A DNA stretch of 64,000 nt from an uncultured Thermoactinomycetaceae bacterium (GTDB taxonomy: Bacteria; Bacillota; Bacilli; Thermoactinomycetales; CALJVA01): NCBI GenBank assembly GCA_937975135.1, contig CALJVA010000022.1, positions 7,118 through 71,117 on the forward strand, given 5' to 3'. Positions 30,761 to 39,424 of the stretch are shown in pieces. The first letter of the stretch is position 1, and each line of letters opens with the position of its first letter. Below the pieces are notes generated by a model. The model worked only from the letters and a program-made list of their open reading frames with translations. It was not told the origin of the DNA and ran no database searches. The position numbers and the translations under genes were made by a program.

Positions 30761-33700
30761 ATGCCGAAGGATGTGTCGCTTAAAAAGGTATTGGTGATCG
30801 GGTCAGGTCCGATCGTTATTGGTCAGGCGGCGGAGTTTGATTATGCTGGAACCCAAGCTTGCCACGCGCTACGTGAAGAGGGCGTGGAAGTGGTGTTGAT
30901 CAATAGCAACCCAGCGACCATCATGACAGATCCCCATGTTGCGGATCAAGTATATATTGAGCCTCTTACTGTTGAGTTTGTTACCCAAGTAATTCGAAAA
31001 GAGCGTCCAGATGGTTTATTGCCTACCTTGGGAGGACAAACAGGGTTAAACCTCGCTGTAGAGCTGGCACAACAAGGGATATTGGCTCGAGAAAAAGTCC
31101 GGCTATTAGGTACTGATTTAAAGGCGATTCAGCAAGCAGAGGACCGGGAGCAGTTTCGTAGACTGATGCGCGAGATTAATGAACCAACACCGGAAAGTGT
31201 GATCGCTCATACGCTGGAGGAAGCACTCCGCTTTGCAGAAAAGATCGGCTATCCATTAATTGTTCGCCCAGCTTATACCCTTGGGGGAACCGGTGGGGGA
31301 ATCGCCAATAATGAAGGGGAACTGCGTGAAATCGTGGAGAATGGCTTACGCTACAGTCCCATTGGCCAATGTTTGATTGAACAGAGCATCGCAGGCTGGA
31401 AGGAGATCGAATTGGAAGTGGTTCGGGATGGAGCCGGTCAGGCAATTGTTGTCTGTGCCATGGAAAATCTAGATCCTGTGGGTGTTCATACAGGAGATAG
31501 CATTGTATTTGCACCCTGTCAAACATTGAAAGAGCATCAGAGTCAAATGCTTCGCGACTCTGCCTTGCGAATTGTACAAGCCCTCAATCTACGGGGTGGA
31601 TGCAATGTGCAGTATGCTTTAGATCCAACATCCAACAAATATTATGTGATTGAAGTAAATCCAAGAGTAAGCCGTTCCAGTGCTTTGGCCTCTAAGGCCA
31701 CAGGATATCCCATTGCCAAAGTAGCAGCAAAAGTGGCACTGGGATTTCGGCTTGATGAACTGATCCATCCTGAATCAGGAGAAGCTTATGCTTCGGTTGA
31801 ACCACAGATGAACCATATTGTCTGTAAGATTCCCCGTTGGCCCTTTGATAAATTTACCTTGGCCAATCGTCGCTTAGGTACACAAATGAAGGCGACAGGT
31901 GAAGTGATGGCGATTGGTTCTACCGTGGAAGAATCACTGTTAAAGGCAGTTCGTTCTCTGGAGTTGGATGTAAATGGCTTCCTGCATCCTACAGCCTCTT
32001 CCCTATCGGAGCAAGAGCTTAAAAAGCGGCTCCAGCACCCCGATGATGAGCGACTCTTTTTATTGGCAGAAGGATTTCGTCGGGGGATGACAATCGAAGA
32101 ATTACACGACCTTACTCGGATCGATTCCTATTTTCTTGCTAAAATTGCCGGGATTGTTGCCATGGAACAAAGTTTAGCATCATCGAAGGGTTGGAATCGA
32201 GAACAATTGTTAACGGCCAAAAAGATGGGCTTTACGGACCGGACCATTGCCGATTTAGTGGGAGAAAAAGAAGTGACCATTCGAAAGGAACGGTTGAAGG
32301 CAGGTATTTTTCCTGTGTTTAAAAAGGTGGACACCCGTGTATTGAATAGAAATGTGGAAACACCTTGCTTTTATTCTACCTATGAAGGGCAAGGGGAACA
32401 GGTACTAGCTAGGGAAAAGCCTTGTGTCGTAGTACTCGGTTCTGGTCCGATTCAAATCGGGCAAGGGGTGGAATTTGACTACGCTACCGTACATGCGATT
32501 AAAGCCATCCAGGAGATGGGTCTGGAGGCAGTGATTATTAATAACAATCCAGAAACGGTTTCAACGGATTATCAATTTTCAGATCGACTCTATTTTGAAC
32601 CCCTACATATAGAAGATGTGCTCCACATTATTGAACGGGAGAATCCGCTTGGTGTCATTGTACAATTTGGCGGGCAAACCTCTCTTAATTTGGCTCGTAG
32701 CTTGGCAGAGCATGGAGTGACTATTTTAGGAACCTCCTTAGAGGAGATTGACCGTGCGGAAAACCGTGAGAAATTTGAGCAGTTGCTGGAAGAGCTGAAA
32801 ATTGAGCGACCTCCTGGGGTAACAGCAACCTCTGTTTCAGAGGCGATGAATAAAGCAGCGGCCCTCGGTTTCCCTGTCTTGGTCCGTCCTTCCTATGTAT
32901 TGGGAGGTAGGGCGATGGAAATCGTTCACAACCAACAAGAGCTGCTTTCCTATATCGAGGCAGCGGTAGAGATTAATCCTGAGCAGCCAGTTTTAATTGA
33001 CCGTTATCTAACGGGGAAGGAATTGGAGGTAGATGCCATATCCGATGGTAAGCAGGTGCTAATCGCTGGAATTATGGAGCATATTGAACGTTCTGGAGTT
33101 CATTCAGGGGATTCCATCGCAATCTATCCGGCACAATCGATTAGTGCAGCTCAGAAGGAGCGCATTGTGGAGATAACGACAAAGATCGCCTTGGCTCTTA
33201 AAACGAAGGGACTTATCAATATCCAGTTTGTTCTTACAGAGGATGAGCCGGTGGTCATCGAAGTAAACCCCCGGGCCTCACGCACATTACCTTTTTTAAG
33301 CAAAGTGACTCGATTGCCAATGGCTCAAGTGGGAACACGGATTATGATGGGACAAACATTAGAGGAATTAGGTTATTCAGGAGGACTCTGGGAAGAAAGT
33401 GATCAGGTTGCCGTCAAAGTTCCCGTTTTCTCCTTTGCTAAGTTGCGCCGTGTCGACATTATGTTGGGGCCAGAGATGAAATCAACCGGGGAGGTTATGG
33501 GGCGGGATCAAGAGGTTCGCCGAGCAATTTATAAGGGATTACTTGCGGCTGGAGTTTGTCTTCCTCGCTTTGGAACCGTGATTGTAACCCTAGGAGACAA
33601 GGAGAAACCCGAAGCAGTTGCTCTTTGTCAACGCTTTTATCAGTTGGGTTATCGCATTGTAGCAACCCGAGGAACAGCAGCAGTTCTTCGCGACGCCGGT

Positions 33701-33976
33701 TTGCCAGTGACGGAGGTGAATAAGCTGAGCGAAGGATCACCTCATATCCTTGATATGATTCGCAAAGGAGAAGCAGATCTGGTAGTGAACACATGGACAC
33801 AGGGCAGAACACCGGCGCGGGATGGATTCCGCATCCGCAGAGAAGCTGTCGAGCATGGTGTGGCCTGCTTCACTACATTGGATACAGTGGAAGCCCTTCT
33901 ATCTACGTTGGAGTCTACGTATTTAATCGCGGAACCCATCGATGTCCCTGTATATGGAAAAAAGAATGTGATTTAG
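30761..33976 (+). CDS. carB: Carbamoyl-phosphate synthase large subunit
   Basis: Two ATP-grasp halves ([31 protein letters not shown]; [23 protein letters not shown]) and a C-terminal MGS domain. Confidence 0.96.
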   Translation: MPKDVSLKKVLVIGSGPIVIGQAAEFDYAGTQACHALREEGVEVVLINSNPATIMTDPHVADQVYIEPLTVEFVTQVIRKERPDGLLPTLGGQTGLNLAVELAQQGILAREKVRLLGTDLKAIQQAEDREQFRRLMREINEPTPESVIAHTLEEALRFAEKIGYPLIVRPAYTLGGTGGGIANNEGELREIVENGLRYSPIGQCLIEQSIAGWKEIELEVVRDGAGQAIVVCAMENLDPVGVHTGDSIVFAPCQTLKEHQSQMLRDSALRIVQALNLRGGCNVQYALDPTSNKYYVIEVNPRVSRSSALASKATGYPIAKVAAKVALGFRLDELIHPESGEAYASVEPQMNHIVCKIPRWPFDKFTLANRRLGTQMKATGEVMAIGSTVEESLLKAVRSLELDVNGFLHPTASSLSEQELKKRLQHPDDERLFLLAEGFRRGMTIEELHDLTRIDSYFLAKIAGIVAMEQSLASSKGWNREQLLTAKKMGFTDRTIADLVGEKEVTIRKERLKAGIFPVFKKVDTRVLNRNVETPCFYSTYEGQGEQVLAREKPCVVVLGSGPIQIGQGVEFDYATVHAIKAIQEMGLEAVIINNNPETVSTDYQFSDRLYFEPLHIEDVLHIIERENPLGVIVQFGGQTSLNLARSLAEHGVTILGTSLEEIDRAENREKFEQLLEELKIERPPGVTATSVSEAMNKAAALGFPVLVRPSYVLGGRAMEIVHNQQELLSYIEAAVEINPEQPVLIDRYLTGKELEVDAISDGKQVLIAGIMEHIERSGVHSGDSIAIYPAQSISAAQKERIVEITTKIALALKTKGLINIQFVLTEDEPVVIEVNPRASRTLPFLSKVTRLPMAQVGTRIMMGQTLEELGYSGGLWEESDQVAVKVPVFSFAKLRRVDIMLGPEMKSTGEVMGRDQEVRRAIYKGLLAAGVCLPRFGTVIVTLGDKEKPEAVALCQRFYQLGYRIVATRGTAAVLRDAGLPVTEVNKLSEGSPHILDMIRKGEADLVVNTWTQGRTPARDGFRIRREAVEHGVACFTTLDTVEALLSTLESTYLIAEPIDVPVYGKKNVI

Positions 33977-34094
33977 TATTATAACATTCTACGAAAAAAC
34001 TTTTTTACATGAGAGTTCCCTGAACCTATATGGGCTTTGCCTCTGTGTATCAATTTGAGTATGAGCTTTCTTAATGAAGGAGGACAAACAACTT

Positions 34095-34814
34095 ATGGAA
34101 AAAGCATCCCCAAAGCAGCAACGTGTGATTGTTGCGCTTGATTTTCCGACGATCCAGACGGCAGAATCATTTTTATCACTTTGGGATATAGAGGAGAAGC
34201 TTTTTGTCAAAGTGGGGATGCAGCTTTTTTATACAGCGGGCCCCACTTGGGTGGCAAAATTGGTGGAGCAAGGCTATGCTGTTTTTCTCGATTTGAAGCT
34301 GCACGATATCCCAAATACCGTTGCCGGCGCAATTCGTTCCCTTGCTCATTTGGGAGTTAAGATGATTACCCTACATGCTGCTGGAGGACGAGCTATGATG
34401 GAAGCGGCAAAGGAAGCGGCAAGTCAGTCTGCGGGGCTTCGCCTGTTGGCAGTAACACAATTAACCAGTACGGACAAGTATATCTTAAACGAGGAGATTG
34501 GGATTCCGGGCACAGTGGAGGAGTCTGTGGGTCATTATGTAAAGCTTGCTCATACTGCGGGGATGGATGGGGTGATTTGCTCGGGGTGGGAAGCTCCCAT
34601 AGTAAAAACCAAGGCCGGAAAAGATTTTCTTGTGGTTACCCCAGGGATTCGGCTTCCCCAATCCGCAATCCAGGACCAAAAGCGCGTGATGACACCAGAT
34701 ATGGCCATTCAAATGGGTGCCGATTATATTGTGGTTGGCCGCTCGATTACCCAAGCGGCGGATCCCTTAGAAGCTTATCAAAAAATTCAAGAGATGGTAA
34801 GGTGTGCAATCTGA
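34095..34814 (+). CDS. pyrF: Orotidine-5'-phosphate decarboxylase
   Basis: Motifs IVALDF, VKVG, FLDLKLHDIPNTV and VTPGIR. AAGGAGG lies before ATG 34095. Confidence 0.96.
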   Translation: MEKASPKQQRVIVALDFPTIQTAESFLSLWDIEEKLFVKVGMQLFYTAGPTWVAKLVEQGYAVFLDLKLHDIPNTVAGAIRSLAHLGVKMITLHAAGGRAMMEAAKEAASQSAGLRLLAVTQLTSTDKYILNEEIGIPGTVEESVGHYVKLAHTAGMDGVICSGWEAPIVKTKAGKDFLVVTPGIRLPQSAIQDQKRVMTPDMAIQMGADYIVVGRSITQAADPLEAYQKIQEMVRCAI

Positions 34815-34962
34815 TCTCTATATTCTTCAAGGATTGTCATGTATATATTCTTTACAAATCAGTTGTAGCCCCTTTGTGCGGGATAAACATGAATGGGGGT
34901 ACTTTGCTCCCAATGTAAGAAAAGGAGGGTTGGCGCTCACTTGGAGTAGAGCGCCTTGCAAC

Positions 34963-35538
34963 ATGAATCATGGTGAATGGACAATTGAGGAAGCACTAAA
35001 ACGGAGAAATGTGATTACCCGTGGCCACTTTTTACTTTCATCGGGTCGCCACAGTGAAGAGTATATGCAGTGTGCCCGATTACTCCAATATCCAACAGAA
35101 GCCGAAAAGGTGGGACAGGCATTAGCAGCATTTTTTCAGGATCGAGAAATAGATGTGGTAGTGGGTCCTGCCTTGGGAGGAGTTATTATCGCTTATGAAG
35201 TGGCCCGGGCTTTAGGTGTTCCTTCTCTTTTTGCGGAACGAGAAGAAGGCCATATGCGCCTGCGGCGGGGATTCACCATTCAACCCAATGAGCGTGTTTT
35301 GGTAATTGAAGATGTAGTGACTACAGGAGGGTCAGTTCGGGAAGTGCTGGAGCTTTTAAAATCCTATGGTGGAGAGATTGTAGGGATTGGAGCCATTATT
35401 GATCGCAGTGGGGGGAAGGTTTCCTTTGATTATCCCTTTCATGCGCTTCTTTCCCATTCAATCACCAGCTATGAGCCGGAACATTGTCCCCTGTGTCAAG
35501 CGAATATTCCCGTAGTAAAGCCGGGGAGCCGGAGTTAA
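34963..35538 (+). CDS. pyrE: Orotate phosphoribosyltransferase (short type)
   Basis: Motifs GHFLLSSGRHS, GPALGG and PRPP-binding VIEDVVTTGGS. The start is uncertain (in-frame TTG 34930 or ATG 34963). Confidence 0.92.
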   Translation: MNHGEWTIEEALKRRNVITRGHFLLSSGRHSEEYMQCARLLQYPTEAEKVGQALAAFFQDREIDVVVGPALGGVIIAYEVARALGVPSLFAEREEGHMRLRRGFTIQPNERVLVIEDVVTTGGSVREVLELLKSYGGEIVGIGAIIDRSGGKVSFDYPFHALLSHSITSYEPEHCPLCQANIPVVKPGSRS

Positions 35539-35734
35539 GGTTAAAACCAGGTATGTGAATAAAATAGGGTATGCTCAATGGATCAGCAAGCATACCCTGC
35601 CCTATACATAACCTGTTTGTCCCCAAAAAATCCTCCTTTGAGCAATATGAGGTATGGTTGCCTGTCCGTTGCAAATCAAACTCCATATTCATTGAATATC
35701 CGTATACGCCAATATCAAAGGAGGAATTATGTAT

Positions 35735-37294
35735 ATGGTAAAGCGCCTTACTCCTTTTGTAGATCATCTACCCATTCCCCCGGTCCTTAAACCGGTCACC
35801 TGACGTCGGAAATTTACTTTCTATATTGTTCGGATGTTGGAAACAATGAAAAAACTACATCGTGATCTTCCACCTACTCGGATGTGGGGGTATGAAGGAA
35901 GCGTCCCAGGTCCTACCTTTGAAGTTAAAAGAAATGAGCAGGTTCGGGTTTTATGGTTAAATCAATTACCGAAGAAGCATCTACTCCCTGTAGACAAAAC
36001 GATCCATGGTGCGATGGGGACGCCAGAGGTAAGAACTGTGGTCCATCTCCATCATGGTGTTTCGACGCCTTCCAATGATGGGCACCCAGAAGCTTGGTTT
36101 ACCCGAGGATTTAAGCAGACAGGCCCCTTCTTTAGCAAAAGAGTTTATCGTTATGATAATCAGCAACGGGCCTCGAATCTGTGGTATCACGACCATGCTC
36201 TAGGGATTACACGCCTTAACGTATATGCCGGACTGGCTGGAATGTATTTTTTGCGGGACCAAGAGGAGATATCGCTAAACTTGCCTCGAGGGAAATATGA
36301 GATCCCACTCGTTATTCAAGATAAGTCAGTTAATTCCGATGGATCTTTATTTTATCCCAAAGGACCACAACCTCCTTCACCCAATCTCCCCAAGCCTTCC
36401 ATTGTACCTGAATTTTTTGGAGACAAAATTTTGGTTAATGGAAAAATTTGGCCACATTTTGAAGTAGAACCTCGAAAATACCGCTTTCGTATCTTAAATG
36501 CCTCCAATTCTCGCTTTTACACCTTAAGTCTTGACTCTGGGCAGCCTTTTATTCAAATCGGTACCGATGGTGGACTGCTTCGTTCCCCAGTGCTTATCAA
36601 AAAATTAACCCTAGGGCCGGCTGAACGGGCCGATGTCGTTCTTAACTTTTCTAAGTACCGTGGAGAAAAGATCACACTGATCAACAGTGCACCTGCTCCG
36701 TATCCCAATGGGGATCCAGTAGATCCACGAACAACAGGACTCGTTATGCAATTTCGGGTAACCCGTCCCCTCCAAGGTAGAGATACAAGTACAGTTCCCC
36801 CAAGATTGAGTAACCCTCCTCTCTTTCCCTTAAATAAAGTACGCAAGGTTCGTAATCTCGCTTTGGTCGAACGTACTGATCGTTTCGGCAGACTACTGTT
36901 ATTATTGGATGATAAAAGATGGTCTGCTCCTGTTAGTGAGAAACCACTTCTTGGAAGTTATGAACTTTGGCAACTGATTAATACCACACCAGATAACCAT
37001 CCTATCCATCTGCACCTTGTCGACTTCCGCATTTTAAATCGGCAACGCTTTGATGTAAACCACTATAACCGAACCGGTAAGCTTCGCTTTACCTCTCCAC
37101 CCCTTCCTCCTGCGCCTGATGAGCAGGGGCTAAAGGATACTGTTCGGGCCAATCCAGGAGCAGTGACACGGATTATCCCCCGTTTTGTCCCCTATACTGG
37201 AGAGTATGTGTGGCATTGTCACATCCTTGAGCATGAGGATCATGAAATGATGCGCCCCTTTATTGTTGTAGGGAAGAAGCGTGACTCCAAGTAG
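35735..37294 (+). pseudogene. cotA: CotA-like multicopper oxidase with one in-frame TGA at 35801-35803
   Basis: AAAGGAGG RBS, then MVKRLTPFVDHLPIPPVLKPVT*RRKFTFYIVRMLE...LHRDLPPT, collinear with the CotA N-terminus. All four Cu motifs are present (HLHH, WYHDH, HPIHLH, HCHILEHEDHEMM). Confidence 0.8.
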
Positions 37295-37321
37295 TTATGA
37301 CCAATAATTATTTATTCGGGT

Positions 37322-37365
37322 GAGTGGGCAGTGTTTTACAACCTTGCCCACTTCTCGGTCTTTTT
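37322..37365 (+). terminator. Putative terminator after the cotA-like gene
   Basis: GAGTGGGCA...TGCCCACTT stem, then T-rich sequence. Confidence 0.55.
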
Positions 37366-37468
37366 CTCCATCTACCTGTAAATGATTTGAAAGTAGAATA
37401 GTTATTTGAATTCAAGTATACTTAATAAGACTTTGTAAACCGATACAAATGAATTGGAGGAAAAAAGC

Positions 37469-37810
37469 GTGACTTTACCTAACTGCCCAAAATGTAACTC
37501 AGCGTATACATATGAGGATCGGGATTTTCTTGTCTGTCCGGAATGTGCTTATGAGTGGAGAGCTGATGAAGAGGCGGAGTAGGAAAGTGAAAATGTAAAG
37601 ATCGTGAGGGATGCGAACGGAAATATCTTACAAGATGGAGATACCGTAACCGTAATCAAAGATTTAAAGGTAAAGGGAAGCTCTTCGGTGATTAAGATGG
37701 GGACCAAGGTGAAGGGAATTCGCCTGATCGAGGGTGATCATAATATTGATTGCAGAATTCCTGGCTTTGGCAATATGCAATTGAAATCAGAATTTGTAAA
37801 AAAAGGATAG
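37469..37810 (+). pseudogene. yjdM: YjdM/PhnA zinc-ribbon protein with one in-frame TAG at 37580-37582
   Basis: GGAGG RBS, GTG, then [16 protein letters not shown]...CPECAYEW...[22 protein letters not shown]...KSEFVKKG, which is the full PhnA architecture in one frame. Confidence 0.85.
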
Positions 37811-38042
37811 AATCACTCTACTCATTTACCTTTCTGAGGGTTGTAAAAGCCAAACTAAGGGTAAAGTTATACTACTTTGTCGCATAAATGATTGCACCGA
37901 GGGGATAAAACTCCTCCTTCTACAAGGACGCCTAAGTATAAATCGGAAAATCGGGCCAGCAATTGATGCTAAAAAGTGTGATAAAGTGTGTTCAGGTTAA
38001 GCATGAGGTTAAAAAAGCCGTCAACAGTATGGAGGAGAGGTC

Positions 38043-39116
38043 ATGGTGCGAAAAAGATTACGTCAATATGGAATTACTGTAGGAAATTTACCAACAGGAA
38101 GGGAAAATGGGATTACCGATGTGACAGGTGTTCGCGTAGGCCATGTTACTTTGCGGGATGAACAAGGGGTTTGTACGGGGGTAACAGCATTGATTCCCCA
38201 TTCCGGCAATCTTTTTTATGAAAAGGTGCCTGCAGCGGTTCATATCATTAATGGTTTTGGTAAAACAACGGGATTGGTGCAGGTAGAAGAATTGGGTACG
38301 ATTGAATCACCGATTTTATTGACCAACACCTTTTCTGTACCTGCAGTAACGGAAGGAGCATTGCGTTATCTGTTAAAACAAGATCCACGCATCGGAGAAG
38401 AAGCGGGATCGATCAATGTAGTGGTGGGGGAATGCAATGACAGTTACCTGAATGATATGAGGGGGCTTCATATTCGGCCGCACCATGCAGAAGAGGCCAT
38501 ACAGCAAGCGGATTCTGGTAAGGTTGCTGAAGGAAATGTGGGTGCGGGAACAGGAATGGTTTGCTTTGGTTGGAAAGGGGGAATTGGCACTTCTTCCCGA
38601 TTGATCAAAGTGGGAAAGGAATCATTTCATATTGGTGTTTTAGTACTGGCCAACTTTGGGAAACGGGAGGATTTTCACTTTCTTGGGGTCCCTATGGGAA
38701 GAAAATTGGAAAGCTCCTCAATCAGGGAGCCTGATGGCTCCATAATGATTATTGTGGGGACCGATCTGCCCTTGGATGCTCAGCAATTACGACGTCTAGC
38801 ACGTCGCGCTGTTTTTGGACTGGCCCGGACTGGTTCTTTTGCCCATCATGGGAGTGGAGATGTGGTCATCGCCTTTTCCAATGGCAATCGGATTCTTGTA
38901 AATTCCGCTGAAGCTACTTTTCATTCCATTCGCCGTTTACCTGATGATGGGGATCTCCTCTCAAAATGCTTCCAAGCAGTAGCCGATGCCACAGAGGAAT
39001 CGATCTACAACGCTTTATTTACTGCGGAAAGCGTAATCGGCAAAGAAGGACGAAAAATCGAGGCCTTGCCAGTAGAGCGGGTAATAAAAGAATGGGAGAG
39101 GAATCGGCTTTTATAG
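38043..39116 (+). CDS. dmpA: DmpA/P1 (S58) aminopeptidase
   Basis: Motifs NGITDV, NGFGKTTG, VVGECND, GAGTGM, autoprocessing DGSIMII and HHGSGD. Confidence 0.85.
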   Translation: MVRKRLRQYGITVGNLPTGRENGITDVTGVRVGHVTLRDEQGVCTGVTALIPHSGNLFYEKVPAAVHIINGFGKTTGLVQVEELGTIESPILLTNTFSVPAVTEGALRYLLKQDPRIGEEAGSINVVVGECNDSYLNDMRGLHIRPHHAEEAIQQADSGKVAEGNVGAGTGMVCFGWKGGIGTSSRLIKVGKESFHIGVLVLANFGKREDFHFLGVPMGRKLESSSIREPDGSIMIIVGTDLPLDAQQLRRLARRAVFGLARTGSFAHHGSGDVVIAFSNGNRILVNSAEATFHSIRRLPDDGDLLSKCFQAVADATEESIYNALFTAESVIGKEGRKIEALPVERVIKEWERNRLL

Positions 39117-39155
39117 GGCGGGTATAATATGATAAAAGAACCATGTTTTTTGAAA

Positions 39156-39197
39156 AAGAACCTCCCACTTCTAAACGAAGAGAAGTGGGAGAATTTA
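39156..39197. mobile_element. Orphan IS200/IS605-like subterminal hairpin; may act as a terminator
   Basis: Perfect 11-bp stem CTCCCACTTCT-AAACGAAG-AGAAGTGGGAG preceded by AGAAC. It resembles, from memory, IS1341/tnpB end palindromes of Bacillales. No transposase is nearby. Confidence 0.45.
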
Positions 39198-39198
39198 A

Positions 39199-39348
39199 TT
39201 AAAGGTCCTTCTTTTTAAAGCTTCTTTTCTCACCTGTTTGATCATCTTCAATATAGGTGAGCTCACCGCTTTGTTCATAGGAAAATTGGATGCTTTGAAA
39301 AATGTCCTTTTCATTCTCTGTTTCTTTTTTCTTTTCTTCTCTGCTCAT
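39199..39348 (-). CDS. Small charged protein of unknown function (49 aa)
   Basis: AAAGGAG 7 nt before ATG; MSREEKKKETENEKDIFQSIQFSYEQSGELTYIEDDQTGEKRSFKKKDL*; immediately followed by a hairpin and T-rich run. Confidence 0.6.
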   Translation of the reverse strand: MSREEKKKETENEKDIFQSIQFSYEQSGELTYIEDDQTGEKRSFKKKDL

Positions 39349-39424
39349 CGTCCGACTCCTTTATGGGGAAGTTAATGTTACCTGTATATAGATGTTTGTG
39401 ATTTGGCTTCGTTTTATACAGGGA

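Noticed and set aside
33977-34094. A fourth PyrR attenuator before pyrF
   Set aside because: There is no CCTTTAA or AGTCC.GTGAGG motif and no terminator.
34804-34929. N-terminal extensions in the ORF track (pyrE from 34804; also murD, spoVE, murA, ftsZ, lspA, pyrR, coaBC)
   Set aside because: The upstream starts lack SDs and overlap neighbouring genes or regulatory RNA. Shorter starts match the family N-termini.
35801-35845. Selenocysteine recoding (SECIS) of the cotA UGA
   Set aside because: Only a weak, mismatched hairpin follows the UGA. The position is a variable surface segment with no Cys in homologues, and no sel genes are in the window.
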